Source: Cycas panzhihuaensis (Eukaryota > Plantae > Cycadophyta). From it: 64,000 nucleotides of DNA. The translations under genes were made by a program, and so were the position numbers. Position 1 is the stretch's first letter, and every line of letters begins with the position of its first letter. The DNA is taken from contig CM041465.1 of assembly GCA_023213395.1 (NCBI GenBank), forward strand, positions 81,847,741-81,911,740. Direction: 5' to 3'. The notes under the pieces were generated by a model. The model saw only the letters and a program-made list of their open reading frames with translations. It did not search any database and had not been told where the DNA came from. Of this stretch, positions 13,623-26,530 are shown in pieces.

Positions 13623-14284
13623 ATGTCCTCCATTCTCATTCCTGTAATTATAATTGTGATGGCCATGGGACAGTCGGCAAGAGGTGCGGATCCAGACCCT
13701 CTGCAGGACTTCTCTGTGGCGGATAACAACTCAAAGATACTTCTAAACGGGGTGACGTCAATCGATCCCAAGACCGCCACGGCGCAGCATTTCAAGACGT
13801 CTGTACTGGCGACACAAACAACGGATGGGGAGTGAGCGTGAAGATAACATCAACTGCAGTGTTACCGGGGGTCAACACGCAGGGACTGGTACTCGCTCGT
13901 ACTGATTTGGCAAAGGACGGAATCGTTCCTCCGCATTACCATCCAAGAGCCTCTGAGCTTGTATTCGTGCTGTACGGAACCATCGTCGTGGGCTTTGTCG
14001 ACACAAATCAAACGCTCTTTTCTATAACTCTCCAACCGGGAGATGTGTTCGTCTTCCCGAGAGGGCTCGTGCATTTTCTTCAGAACGTCGGCCCTACGCC
14101 TGCTACAACCATTTCTGGCCTCAACAGCCAAAATCCCGGAACTTCTCTTCTTCCCGCCACTCTCTTTGCTTCCGTCCCTCCCATTCCTTCCGCAGTCCTC
14201 CAAAAGTCTTTCCAGATCAATGACCAGCAAGTCGCCAATATTCGCAACGATGTTCTCAATATTCTCAAGACTCTCGCCGGATAA
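13623..14284 (+). pseudogene. Germin-like protein (cupin), intronless, frameshifted at ~13808
   Basis: Signal peptide, DPDPLQDFSVAD, germin box 1 GIVPPHYHPRASE, box 2 GDVFVFPRGLVHF, LNSQNPG. Frame 1 stops at 13833-13835, while the homologous protein continues as GDTNNGWGVSVK in the other frame from 13808. Confidence 0.9.
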
Positions 14285-15689
14285 CCAAGCTCTGTTACAT
14301 CTTTATTCTTCTTCTTCTTCGTGTCTTTTATCATATTCAGCATCTGTGTCGCATCGGCAACTGGAGATCATATTATGTTTCTCGTGTCATTAATCTTTGT
14401 AGTAAAATAAGCCAGTGGTGGAGTTTTTTTTCCCACCCCCACCATTTGTTTGGAGTCTCTACGCAGTTCGTCTCCGTATTCTCGTGTCTTAGCTCTCTTA
14501 TTCTAATTAAAAAAATATTCCGTCGGTGTGTTGTACCAGCTCTCCTTTACGTTGCAATGCATTATAGAAGTTACAAAGAAGAATTGGTATATTATGCAGT
14601 AAATGATTTCCACTTTCATTGATAACTTGTTGATAAAACAATTAAATATATATACTTAAAATAAAGAAATATTATAATTACATATCACATAGTTGACCAA
14701 ACCATTAATTGCCATCCGTAAGATCTCCTGGAAAAATATGTTTAGAAACTACTTTTAGACAAACATATTTGAAATAATGTGAATTTTAGCATTATGACAT
14801 AAACAAAGTTGCACAGCTTTTAATGTACATGTTTATATGTTTTTTATAGCTTAATTGACTATAAACTAGATTATGTGCCCCTATAAATGCATAATGGCGG
14901 TTGTAAATGTTGATACTAATTGTCATCGTCTAACGTACTTTGACAAAGTTTTTGCATTCAAATTTGTTTGTTGTATCATAGCATTGTGTAAACATGTCGT
15001 ATGAAATGCAAAATATAATAGTTACATTATATTCACCATGATAAATACAAATATGGTTGGCATTATGATTTTTAAATATTTTATTTAACAAAATTATCTT
15101 ATAAAATATTTACTTTATATTAGTTTTAACACTAATCCTAACACACAAATCAATAATTTTTGCAATAAAATAAATCTAAGCGCTATTATAACAACAACAA
15201 CAAAAAAACATTGTTTCTTAAATATATAGATATTACTACATATTAATTTTCATTATTTTTAAGAAAATAAAATATTTAAAAAATTCTATAAATTTGCCCA
15301 ATATGTGGGTACCATCTTTATGTAAGTTGCTCACCAATAACTTTATTTGAAAGTCACTAAAATACTCACTAAAGCAACAGTTCTTAATTACATTAAAAGC
15401 TTATCAAATGGCCGCACATGTTTCTTGGGCATTATTTACAAAGTAGATGCTAAAACAATTTTTATGCATTTATCTTAAAGCCTAATATGATATTTTTGAA
15501 TGTCTTGATCTTGTTTGTTATGGAGGATCACTAAAGAAATTTTCTTTTTCCCCTTTTTATTTTCCTCTTTTTTCCCTAATAATATATTCCTTAACAACCT
15601 TTCCACATTCTTTCTTGTCAATTTGTTATTAAAACAATGTCAAACCATTTAAAACAATGATGCTTTTATACCAACTAATCATTATAGAG

Positions 15690-15900
15690 ATGCTTTATAC
15701 ACATATGCATCTACAAGAGCATATACACATACGTAAATGTATACCCATATGCATGCATATATATGTATATAAATAGAAATGCAAATGTGCCTATGTGTGT
15801 GTGGGCAGGCATGCAGGTGCATCTGTGCATAACACACACACGCACATGCATGCATGTTTGTACACAAACACAAACACATAGATATATATAAGTAGATATG
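15690..15900. repeat. Degenerate (CA/TA/TG)n low-complexity microsatellite
   Basis: Alternating purine-pyrimidine runs (acacac, tatata, tgtgtg, gcatgcat). Confidence 0.7.
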
Positions 15901-15999
15901 CTTAGTTATATATTTATAAGTAAACTTACATATACATTTTTATTAAAGGAATTCTATGTGATAACATAGTATTTTAAGGTACAATATTATGTTAATGAT

Positions 16000-17150
16000 A
16001 TTTTATGAGTATATTCAATCAAATGCATAGGATTGAGGTCTTTTCACTGGCCAAGAGTACATCTTCAAGGGTAGTTGACTTCAATGAAAAGATTTTACAT
16101 TGAAGTGCAATGTACAATAAAGGTTTTATTTGCATGTGTCATAATATTATTGTATTTTGATTATATTAAAGTAGGTTCATAAGGATAATTAATTAAAATA
16201 TAAGATCTTTGCATGGTGGATAATAGTGAATAAACATTTAATAATATTTAATAAAATGAGCAAAGGCTTTGTCTTTTCATAGGATCAAAGTTAGTTTTTA
16301 CTATAATTAATAAACATAAAGGTTTGATGGAGGATATCATTAAGGTTTTGTTTTCATCAAAAGTAATTTTTCTTTTGGTTGAAACCAATGCTTCTATTAA
16401 TACAAAATATTACATATTATTATAAAGAAAAATAGGGGAGAATAGAGTTAAACATCCTCCACCCATGTGGATGAGTTAATTTTGAAATAAGATAATGGAA
16501 GATAACATAGCCTAAGTATATTATATATAGGAAACTTAAAACAAGATAACATATGGCATCAATGTGAAAAATATAAACTACCAAGCAACAAGGCATTGAT
16601 AAACTAGGAGTAGCACTATAGGGCTTCCCCATCTATCATATACTTTATTAAGCAAATCATTCCTAATAGTCCCAACATTATAAGGAATGGGATCAGAAGG
16701 ATATCAAGTGAGTTGCTTTTGAGAGTTAGTGTATGGCTGTTAGGGATGTGAAGAGGCCAACTTTAAAGGAATGGTAGGGAGACAAATATAGGTTAAGAAG
16801 TTGGAATTGTATAAGACAATCACTTAGTAAAGATTATTTTATTTTTAAGACCTACATTCATGGGCTGCTAAAAGATACCCCTATATTAGCATTAATTATC
16901 CATGGTCTTTCTTTTTTAAACCCCCTAATTGTAGATCTATATGTGATTATTTATAGCACCTTATAGATAATTAACTACATATATTAGCAACTCTTATATC
17001 AACTAATTAAGTGCCTCAATAATTATACCCCCTCTTTAGCAACCAATCTTATTCAAAAGATAATTTAAGATTATTATGATCTAGTAATTTCCTTTAATTT
17101 AATATCTTATTACCAAATTAAAAGCATTCTATGAACAAGTTATTACGTAT
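16000..17150 (-). mobile_element. Possible L1-type LINE ORF2 remnant (region C-terminal to RT)
   Basis: Minus-strand KLSF..RLVAK (~17030-17070; cf. LSxxGRLxLxK) and GGLKKKD..YLLAA (~16860-16930; cf. GGLGxxD..ALLAK). Weak and heavily decayed. Confidence 0.3.
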
Positions 17151-17454
17151 TAGTGCAACCATGCTTTGTTAAATAATGAAGAGGGTGTATGTGGTAATTC
17201 TTACCTTTTTCTATTATGTATACATTTAGAAAATAAGAAAAAGAAAAAAAGGCTATGGCTAGTCAGCTTGGTAGATGAACCTTTAGTATGAAGACATAAT
17301 GAATAACAATATTCTCATTCAATATATTAATATTACATAAGATAAATTTATCATTATAAAAGTTCATAATCTAACAAAGGTTTATGGTGTATTATTGATA
17401 TAGTTGATATAAATACAATTAGACAAATTTCAATCATAAATAAGGCACAAGAGA

Positions 17455-20212
17455 TGTTGCTTTATGTTCTTAATATAGTGAGCCGACCCCTAAATATATG
17501 TGTAAGATTTGAGAGGAAGGTGAATTACGGTAGCAATATCATCGACTTGTATCTATGCTTTCAAGGCAAAGCATGTTAAAATATGGGAAACAAGGGGTCG
17601 AATTATTACATGCCTTTCCCTCGTAATAGACAAAGACACCCTTAAACTAAAAGGAGATAAATTATTTTATAATTATAGTATTAAATAAATAAAATCACAT
17701 TCTAAAATATGGACCATAACATAAAGTCTTATATTATCTTCAAAAGGAGTGGACATGCTATTAAAATATTATTAATTATGTTTCCATTTAATTGGTGAGT
17801 TGGTTTGGGGTCTATCACTCCCATTGTGTGCACGTGTACAACCAATTACTTGTTGGTTTATTACACATGATTAATATTAATGTCTTCTTAGTAATGTACA
17901 AAGATTGAGTTAGAATGGATTTTAATAAATAATTTCTTTAGGCTAAATCAATTATCCCCAACGACATCTCTTACATTATTTTATACGTGCAAATTTTCTC
18001 AACTCTCAACATGGTATTAGAGCTATATAGATGGATTCATATAGTATGGAGATGAATTACTACACCTAAGACATGGATTTCTCCACTATGAACATGGAGA
18101 ATGTTATTAGAGCACGGAGAAATTGACCATGCAACAAATGGAGGGTAAAACAGGTAGATGTGAACCATAATAGAACCTAATTATAGGTAGATTTCAAGTT
18201 TAAAAAAGTGAGTTGTTTGGGGGTCTACCACTCCCATTGTATTCACATGTACAACCAATTACTTATTGGTTTGTTACACATGATTAATATTAATGTCAGA
18301 TTAGTAATGTACAAAGATTAAGTTAGAATGTATTTTAATAAATAATTTTTTGAGGCTAAACCAATTCTCCCCAACTACATCTCTCATATTATTTTGTACG
18401 TGTAAATTTTGTCAACTCTTAACATGGTATTAGAGCTATAGAGATGGATTCATATAGTATGGAGATGAATTACTACACCTGTGACATGGATTTCTACACT
18501 ATGAACATGGAGATTATTACTAGAGCATGGAGAAATTGACCATGCAATAAATGGAGGATAAAGCAGGTAGATGCGAAGCATAATAGAACCTAATTACAAG
18601 CAGATTTCAAATTTAAAATAGTAAGGAGGCCAACTTTATAAATCAATTTAGTAACACATATTAAAAATGAGGCTTGATAAAAATAAAAGAGGGTTTTTCA
18701 ACTCTTTTATTTCAAGTTTTCTTTAAAATTTAGAATGGAATAAATTTTAAGGCAATTTACGGGTAGTCTATAACCTAGTTCTTGATGAAACTCTACTTAA
18801 GGTTGAAATAAAATTAACTAAACATACATACATAAAATAAACTAAAAAATAAATAAATATTTTGTATTTACATATAATAATATGTGATGTAACTATAACT
18901 TATACCTACATGATAAGACTTCACTGGTTTTATACCTAGAAAACCTTGATTTGGGTTCCACTAATTAAGAAACAAAAGAAAATGCCTATAATAATAATAA
19001 TTTAAAAAAATTAAAGAAAATACACAAAAATCTATAGTAAATCAATATGCATGCCTGTAGACACTATAGAATATGAAGAAATATGAAGAATCACAAAAAT
19101 TTCATCCTTTAAAAAATGTCATTGCGTATATATATTGATAGTTGACTTCGAGAAGGTGAATGATTATTTTGGAGGATAACGTCTATCAAAATGAAGAATG
19201 TAATCTGTGAAATGGCCCCAACACACTAAAAAATTAATCATTGGCAAAGTCTAAAGCAAAATTTGAAGTGTTTGATTGTATTTTCCCCATCATTAGTTAT
19301 TAACTTTATATATAGTATATTTCCTCTTATAATTCATTTTGGAGAAAATAAAGAATTAAACCACGTAGCAAATACTCAAATTTTGTAATGACAAGAGTAT
19401 GATAAAAAATTAATGAAAACTTATCGATTTTGATCATATTTACTCAAGTTCCTCATTATCAGTTGCTAATGCTCAAACACACACATAACTTAAGTCAAAC
19501 TAAAGCATGAAAATAATAACTTTTGATTATATTAACCCCTAAATTTTAAGAAATTGAATTACTTTTCATAATATTTGATGTTTGCCCCCTCTACATCTTA
19601 AAACATAGTTTTATTTAATTTCACGTGACGCTGCTTTTTGGTGAAAGGAGGTTTATTTTTTAAATATCACCCTTTTAATAAGGCAAATAAAATATTTAGT
19701 GTCTTTTTACTAAAGAGTTAATTTTTCAATTTGTCTAAATTGACAAGATCCTCGCTCAGAAAACTTTCAAATGAACTATTGCCTGACTATTTTTTTGTGA
19801 CAAAAATAAATATAAAAAATGTTATCCAAAGTTATAGTATCCTATATGATACCTATATACCATATTTTGTTTATATTATGTTAGTGAGTTGTGAGTAGAT
19901 TGATGAATTTGCTTACGCTATGTGGTAGCCTATATCATAGAGGTTAAAAAATAATGAAATTTAAGTTCTTTTTGTGTGTTTGGACCTTATTTTTAGCCTA
20001 TATTATGCTGTCTATTCTTTAATTAGCATGTTACATTTGTACCTATTTAAACTAGTAAATTCCTTTAAATTTTATGGTGTGACATATACTCACCATGGTA
20101 AACAAAATAATAATAGCTTTTGTGAATGTGTAGTTCATAGGGATTGAAATTTATCCTTGTGAAAATATTAAATAAAGAATCTTTTAAATATAAATAACAT
20201 GTGGTAATACAT
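17455..20212 (+). mobile_element. 5' part of Ty1/copia C2 (LTR ~17455-18011, PBS, ~2-kb leader, gag start), truncated
   Basis: LTR end CTCAACA followed by TGGTATTAGAGC (18012-18023); leader and gag start homologous to 1820-2950. LTR start (TGTTG at 17455) is tentative. Confidence 0.6.
17795..18620 (+). repeat. Tandem duplication, 2 x 413 bp, spanning LTR end, PBS and leader
   Basis: 17795-18207 vs 18208-18620 align end to end; PBS at both 18012 and 18425; GTGAG at the junction. Confidence 0.95.
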
Positions 20213-23200
20213 TCAAAAAATCCATAGAAGTTTTAATGCAAATGAGACTTGAGAAGCTTGAGAAGAACATAGAAGTTTTAATGCAAATGATGACCCAACT
20301 TCTACCTCTAGTGAAGGGTAAAGGTAAAGAGAAGGAAGTTGAAGGAGGATCCAAGAATGACCACAACCATGAAGAAGAAGAGAAGGATAACTTAAAGTAC
20401 TCATTCAAAGAAATAAAGGGTACTTCATCTCATCAACTCTTTAAGGTGGAGGTAAATTTGGACATTCCAACTTATGATGGAGAGGTAAATACTGAAAAGT
20501 TAGACCATTGGTTGGATCAACTTAAAACCTACTTTACAATTTATGCTTACAATAATGCTCAAAAGATGTCATCTGCTAAGCTCAAGTTATGCAAACATGC
20601 ATTGAAATGGTGGAATGCATATTTGAAGATTCATGATGTATCTTCTTTTTTATGGATGGATTTTAAGAAAATAATAAAGAAGAAATACTACCCCATAGGT
20701 TATGAGGAAGACCAATAGGGCACTTGGTAATATTTATGCCAAGGGAAAGATGAATGTGCCCAAGATTATACTTCTTTATTTTTCAAGTATGACATATTAC
20801 TTAGTATTAATATGGATGAATGTAGCACTCTTATGAAATTCATTGGATAATTACATGATTAAATAAGGAAGGAATAAGGCTTTTTAAGGTTCAATCCATT
20901 AAAGAAGCAAGTAAAATGGCTATTACAATAGAAAGTAAAAGCAAGAAACCTACATTTATATCTAAACATTTTACTTTTAGTTCTAATAAGCACGAAAATA
21001 ATCCTAAATTGCACTCATCTAAAAGGCGAGAAGGAAAGTAGAAAAGAACTAATTTTGTTCAAAGTTCTAACTATTGTGAGCATTATGATATTAGTGGTCA
21101 TGTTATAGTAAAGTGATGGAAATTACATCCAGAGCTAAAGCCAAAGCATATTAAAGACATGGAATCAAGAAAGAAGAAAAACTGGAAAGTATTACTTTCT
21201 AAGGTGGAGCTTCAAAGTGAAGAAGAAGAAGAGAAGGTTACTCTACTTACAAATTATAGAGATGATTCTACAAGGGAGGAATTATTTCACTTGAAGCTTT
21301 AAGTAGGAAATAATGCTATTGGTGTCATTATAGATCCGAGGAGCCAAAAGAATTTTATCTCAAAAAATTTTGTGAAGTGCCTTAGGTTAGTAACTACTCC
21401 TCATGCTCATCCATATCCTCTTGGTTGGATCCATAAAAATATGGAAACTCAAATATCAAATCAATGTACACTTAAATTTTCCATCACTAATTCTTTTATT
21501 GATGACGTGATATGTGATGTAGTACTATTAGATGTGTGCTATATTATACTTAGGAGTCCCTACTTGTAGGATAAATTATTAATTGATGAAGAATAGCAAG
21601 GACTTCTTTATAAAGGCTACAGAGAAGCACTTGGATAAGATGACATTAATTTTAAACACTCAATAAAAAAGTATGATCAATACATGTGGAAAATTTATTA
21701 TCTTAATGGTAAGGAGCAAAAAAGAGCCAAGATATGAAAGAGGGCTTTCTACTCACACTCTTCTTATATCACCTAAACAAATGCAACAAATTAAAGAGTT
21801 GAAGATAAGGTATGACATTATATCCTAACATGTTGATGGGCTATTTCCAATGAGAAAGATAGATCATGAAATAACTCTTGTAGGAGATGCACCATTACCT
21901 AATATTACTTTGTATAGGCACTCTAATATAGAGAATAATGAGATAAAGAGGCAAGTTGAGGAGTTTTTTTAATTAAGGGGTCATAAGACCTTCATGTTTA
22001 CCTTGTGGGCCACTAATTGTCTTAGTACCTAAGAATGATGGAGGATGGAGAATATGTGTAAACTTTTATGATTTGAATAAAATCACAATTAAAAACTGCT
22101 ACCCCTTGCCTCTCATAGATGATTTGCTTGATTAACTTTAGCATGCTTATTATTTTACTAAGTTGGATTTGAAAAGTGGTTATCACCAAGTTAGGGCCAA
22201 AGAGGAGGACACATGGAAGACAACCTTCAAAACAAAGCAAGGACTCTTTGAATGGATGGTTATGGCTTTTAGATTGTTTAATGCTTTTGCAACATTCATG
22301 AGGCTAATGAATAAAGTATTAAAGCCTTACTTGGATGATTTTATTATTGTCTTTCTTGATGACATTTTAATTTTTAGCCACACATGGGAGGAATATTTAT
22401 AGCACATAGAAGAAGTTTTGAAGACTTTAGCTAAGCATCATTTGAAGCTTAATGTAAATAAGTGTAAATTTGGCAAGGAGAACTTAGTCTTCATAGGCTT
22501 TGTGGTTAGAGGAGGAAAGTTAAGCATCAATCCACTCAAGACTCAAGCCATCCTTAAATGGCCTAGGCCAACCAACACCATAGAGGTTAGAAGTTTGTTG
22601 GGAGCTTATCAATACTTGAGAAAGTTCATTCTTCATTTCTCACAGGTTGTAGTACCTCTATATAGATTAACAAAGGTTAGTAAGATATTTACTTAAGGTT
22701 CTAAGGAGGAAGAAGTTTTTCTTCTTTTGAAGCAAAAAAAATTGTGAAGCACCAATTTTGGCAACGCTAAATTTGTAAAGGCATTTTGAAATAGAAGCTG
22801 ATGTAAGTGGATATATAGTGGGAGTTGTCCTTATTCAAGATGAGAATCCTATTACTTACCATTTAGAAGTCTCAACCCTTTAAGTGAAAAACTACCCAAC
22901 ATATGATTGGGAAATATTCACACTACATCAAGCATGTAAACATTAGATGTCCTACTTACTTAGAAAAGAGGTTGTAGTTCATATTGACCATAAGCCTCTT
23001 AAATTTTTATAAACCCAAAGTAAATTAAAATAAGAAAGACACATGAAGTAGATGATTTATTGACATCAATTCAATATTGTAATTAAGTATAAAAAGGGAT
23101 CTACTAATAAAATTGTTGATATGTTATCTAGACCACCTTGTTCCACTTCTTCTTCTTCTTCTTCTATTTGTAGTTCTCTTGTGAGTTTGAAAGTGGAGCC

Positions 23201-25608
23201 AATACATAATGAAGAGTGCAAAGACTTATACCATGAAGATGAAGCCTTGAAGGAATAATTGGTGAACCTAGTGAAAGGAAGACCTTCCCATCTTTCTTAG
23301 AAGGATGATCTACTTTTCAAAGGGGAGTAACTCTATGTTCCATCAAAAGGAGATAAGATCAAGCGACTTAGAGAAGCCCATACTTCTAAAGTAACTGGTC
23401 ACTTTGATATAGATAATACTTTAACAAACTTGATAAGATATGTTATATAACTAAAGATATAAAATGATATAAGTAAATATATAAAAGTATGGGTAATATG
23501 TAATATTTCTAAGCCTTCTACTAGAAAATTAGGATTATATACACCACTACCTATTCCTACTAGGCCTTGGGAAAGTATCTCCATAGATTTCTTAGAGGGA
23601 GTTCCTATGACTAGGAAGGGATATGACTATCTCTTTGTTGTTGTAGATAGGTTCAACAAGATTATATGTTTAATTCCTTATAAGAAGGCAATCACAGGAG
23701 TAGGGACAATTAAGTTGTTATTTGAGCATATATGGAAGAATTTTGGATTACCTTATTTTATAATTTTAGATCGGGACACTTGATTCCTTTCATTATTTTG
23801 AAAGGTACTATGGGAGATGATGAATGCCAAATTGAAGAGAAGTACAAATTTCTATCCTCAAACAGATGGACAGACTAAATTAGTAAATAGTACTTTGGTA
23901 CATTTATTGAAGGGATATAATTCTAAGCATCTAAAGACTTGCGATGAACCATTGACTTTTCTATAATTTTTATTCAATAGGGTAATTTATACATCACACT
24001 CTAAAGTACCTTTTGAAATTTGTTTCAGATACTTTCCTCAAAGTCCATTTAACTTAGAGTTTTTCATGTAAGCTAAGGAAGGATCCACTAAAGAGAAAGA
24101 GGGGCATGATAAGTCTTTGAGATACTTGGAGGAGATCCAAGAGTCCACAATGAAGTACATGATTAACTTCTAAGGACTCAACAAAAGTACAAGGAAAGAC
24201 ATAACAAATATAGGCAAGAGTGTACTTTTCAAGAAGGAGATTTAGTTTAGTTATACTTGAGCAAGGAAAGGTTGAAAGGAGAATGAAGAAAACTCAAAAC
24301 TATAAGGTATAGACCATTCAAGATTTTGAGGAAAGCAGGTGGTAATACTTCCTAACTTGATCTTATACCTTATATATAAATATATTTAGTAGTGAATGCT
24401 GAATATTTGAAACTCTTTAAGCCCTCCATGATAGATGAGGAGTAGTACTATTCCACTTTACCTTCAATTTATGACTTGTATTTGGAGAGTAAGGAGCCTC
24501 TCAAGGACGATTATATCTTGGAGAGAAAATCCACTAAAATAAAATATAAGACACATGAATATTTTATGATTGGAGTAGTAGGGTAGTTGCCTAGTAAGGC
24601 TAACTAGTTTAGTAGGTAGTAAGGGGAATAAAACTTCCCCTATCTTAAGTTATAAGGTAAATAACAATTGGCTATTATCTAAGGGAGGGGATCCATGATC
24701 CAAGAGGATCTACCTTATATCTATAGGAAGTAGAAAATGCTAGACATTGGCACAATTAAAAGAAATAGAGCCAAATGGTATCAAAATAATATGAAATTTT
24801 ATGGGTCATGATAAGACACATCCCACTACATGTGTGCATAAGGTGGGATTTAAAAGATATCATTTGATTAGATGGAAATCCCTATTTTGTAGAAAATAAC
24901 TCCCATGGCCAATAAAAAAACAACAAGTATATATTATTTTTAAATCAATACAAATGAAGGCAAATCATATCCAAATGAGCTGAGATATTGAGGATATAAA
25001 GGGAACATATTTACCTATAAGTGTAAATAATTTGAGCTCAATTTGAGTTTGTTAGCCCTAGGTATTAGGCTGCAACGTTTTAAACTTACATCAATGCCAC
25101 TTGGATAACATGCATTCTAGTTGTTGGTGATTGGACTTGTATGAATGGCACTTGGAAAACATGTATTTTGGTTGTTGATAGATTTCTTTATATAAATTAA
25201 GCCCTCTTGAGCTCATTTTTGATGTTGGAGACTTGGGTTTTATGTGTGGCAGACACTTAACTTGGGAGTAACATTGAGGTAGCACTTGGGAGATGCTCAA
25301 GACCATAAAGGAGGTAAATTTTAGCACTTTAAGTATCCATTTTGGAGAGTGGGAGTTTCATTAAAGGAGCCTTGGGAAGTTGGAGGCCCCTTGTGGTATT
25401 TTTGTATCATTTCTTCATTTTAACTTGCCTATTCTTTGTTTTTTTTCTCACTCCACCATTAACTAGAGGTTTTTCTAGCTTATGGAAGTATTATTCTTCT
25501 TATCTTGGAGTAATGACAAGAATGCATAAGTTGGTGTAGAGTATCCTTTTTATGGGCTCACTCTTTTATTAATGTTATTGGGAATTTTACACTAACACCC
25601 TGGGATCT
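20213..25608 (+). mobile_element. Degenerate Ty3/gypsy, CRM-like (gag-PR-RT-RH-INT, PPT, 3' LTR); 5' LTR missing
   Basis: Gag IPTYDGEVNTEKLDHWL, protease [22 protein letters not shown] and FLDDILIFS, integrase PWESISIDF and LFVVVDRF, PPT AAGGGAGGGG at 24681-24690. Confidence 0.85.
24696..25608 (+). repeat. 3' LTR of the CRM-like gypsy
   Basis: Starts TGATCC just after the PPT and ends GGATCT (decayed GGATCA). Confidence 0.55.
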
Positions 25609-26237
25609 TAAGGAAAAAGATTGGTGATTGATTTATTCACTAACCACACTCTACTTTGGGATTACTTGCCAAGGTTATTAAATATATAATTGTAGGACTT
25701 ATTGATCTATGCCAAACATGCACAAATGTTATGTAAGATAGGCATATGAAGATAGTTGAGAGCCAAAATGTTGAGTAATAAGTTCATGTGCTAGGTTTAC
25801 TTGAGTAAAAGGGTTACCTTAAAAAAGATGACTATCTATAATAGGCAAGTGAGCTCCTGTTAGTGATGGAGGAAGGATAGACTAGTATGGAAGCAAAGGA
25901 CTAAATGTAATATCTCAAGTAGGGAAAACTAGTCTCCCTTAATGGCCTACTTAAAACATCTCAAATGAAGGAGTTGTTTGTCGAGCCATAGAGGATAAAT
26001 CATGAGAACCTTGAGCATGACCATTATGGTTGATGCCTAATTAGATGGGATATGGAGTAAGTGTATGGTCTCTCTATTATTCCAAGGTTACGGGGCCTAA
26101 TTGATTAAGTTGACTCAAGAATGAGAGTTTTAAAGTAAATAGGTTCAACAAGGACTTTTAACCCTATTTGGAAAAATATGGATAATATCTCTAGGTATGA
26201 TGCATAAATGTATAAGGTAGTTTGATTTAGTTTAATT

Positions 26238-26530
26238 TGGTTACAACCTATCTGCATTTGGTTGCAATCTAGTTGTAGTTGATTACAACCTAATTACAGT
26301 TGCTTATGACCTAGTTATAGTTGATTACAACCTGATTGCACTTGCTTACAACCTGGTTGTAGTTGATTATAACTTGGTTATACTTGGTTGTAATTGGTTT
26401 CAACCTAGTTACACTTGGGTGTAGTTGGTTGCAACCTAGTCACACCTAGTTATAGTTAGTTGCAACTTGGTTATAGTTGGTTACAACTTGGTTATACTTG
26501 GTTGTAACCTAGTTATACTTGGTTATATTT
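26238..26530. repeat. Minisatellite of 10/11-bp units (consensus TGGTTGCAACC / TGGTTGCAST)
   Basis: About 27 degenerate units; the 11-mer contains the palindrome GGTTGCAACC. Confidence 0.85.

Noticed and set aside
13752-13859. An intron that would repair the GLP frame
   Set aside because: Candidate GT-AG pairs are too short (28-30 nt), give the wrong phase, or delete conserved residues and lack a U-rich tract.
13832-14284. Independent 150-aa ORF with a GTG start overlapping the upstream stop (GTGA)
   Set aside because: GLP homology continues upstream in the same frame to 13808; it is the 3' part of one frameshifted eukaryotic gene, not a coupled gene pair.
13862-14393. Antisense and alternative-frame ORFs over the GLP gene
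   Set aside because: Shadows of GC-rich coding sequence with no recognisable motifs.
19895-19965. Hammerhead-like TTGATGA...GAAA in the copia C leader (also ~2630-2700)
   Set aside because: Core is imperfect in both copies, stem II is weak, and no convincing stem III or NUH cleavage site is visible.
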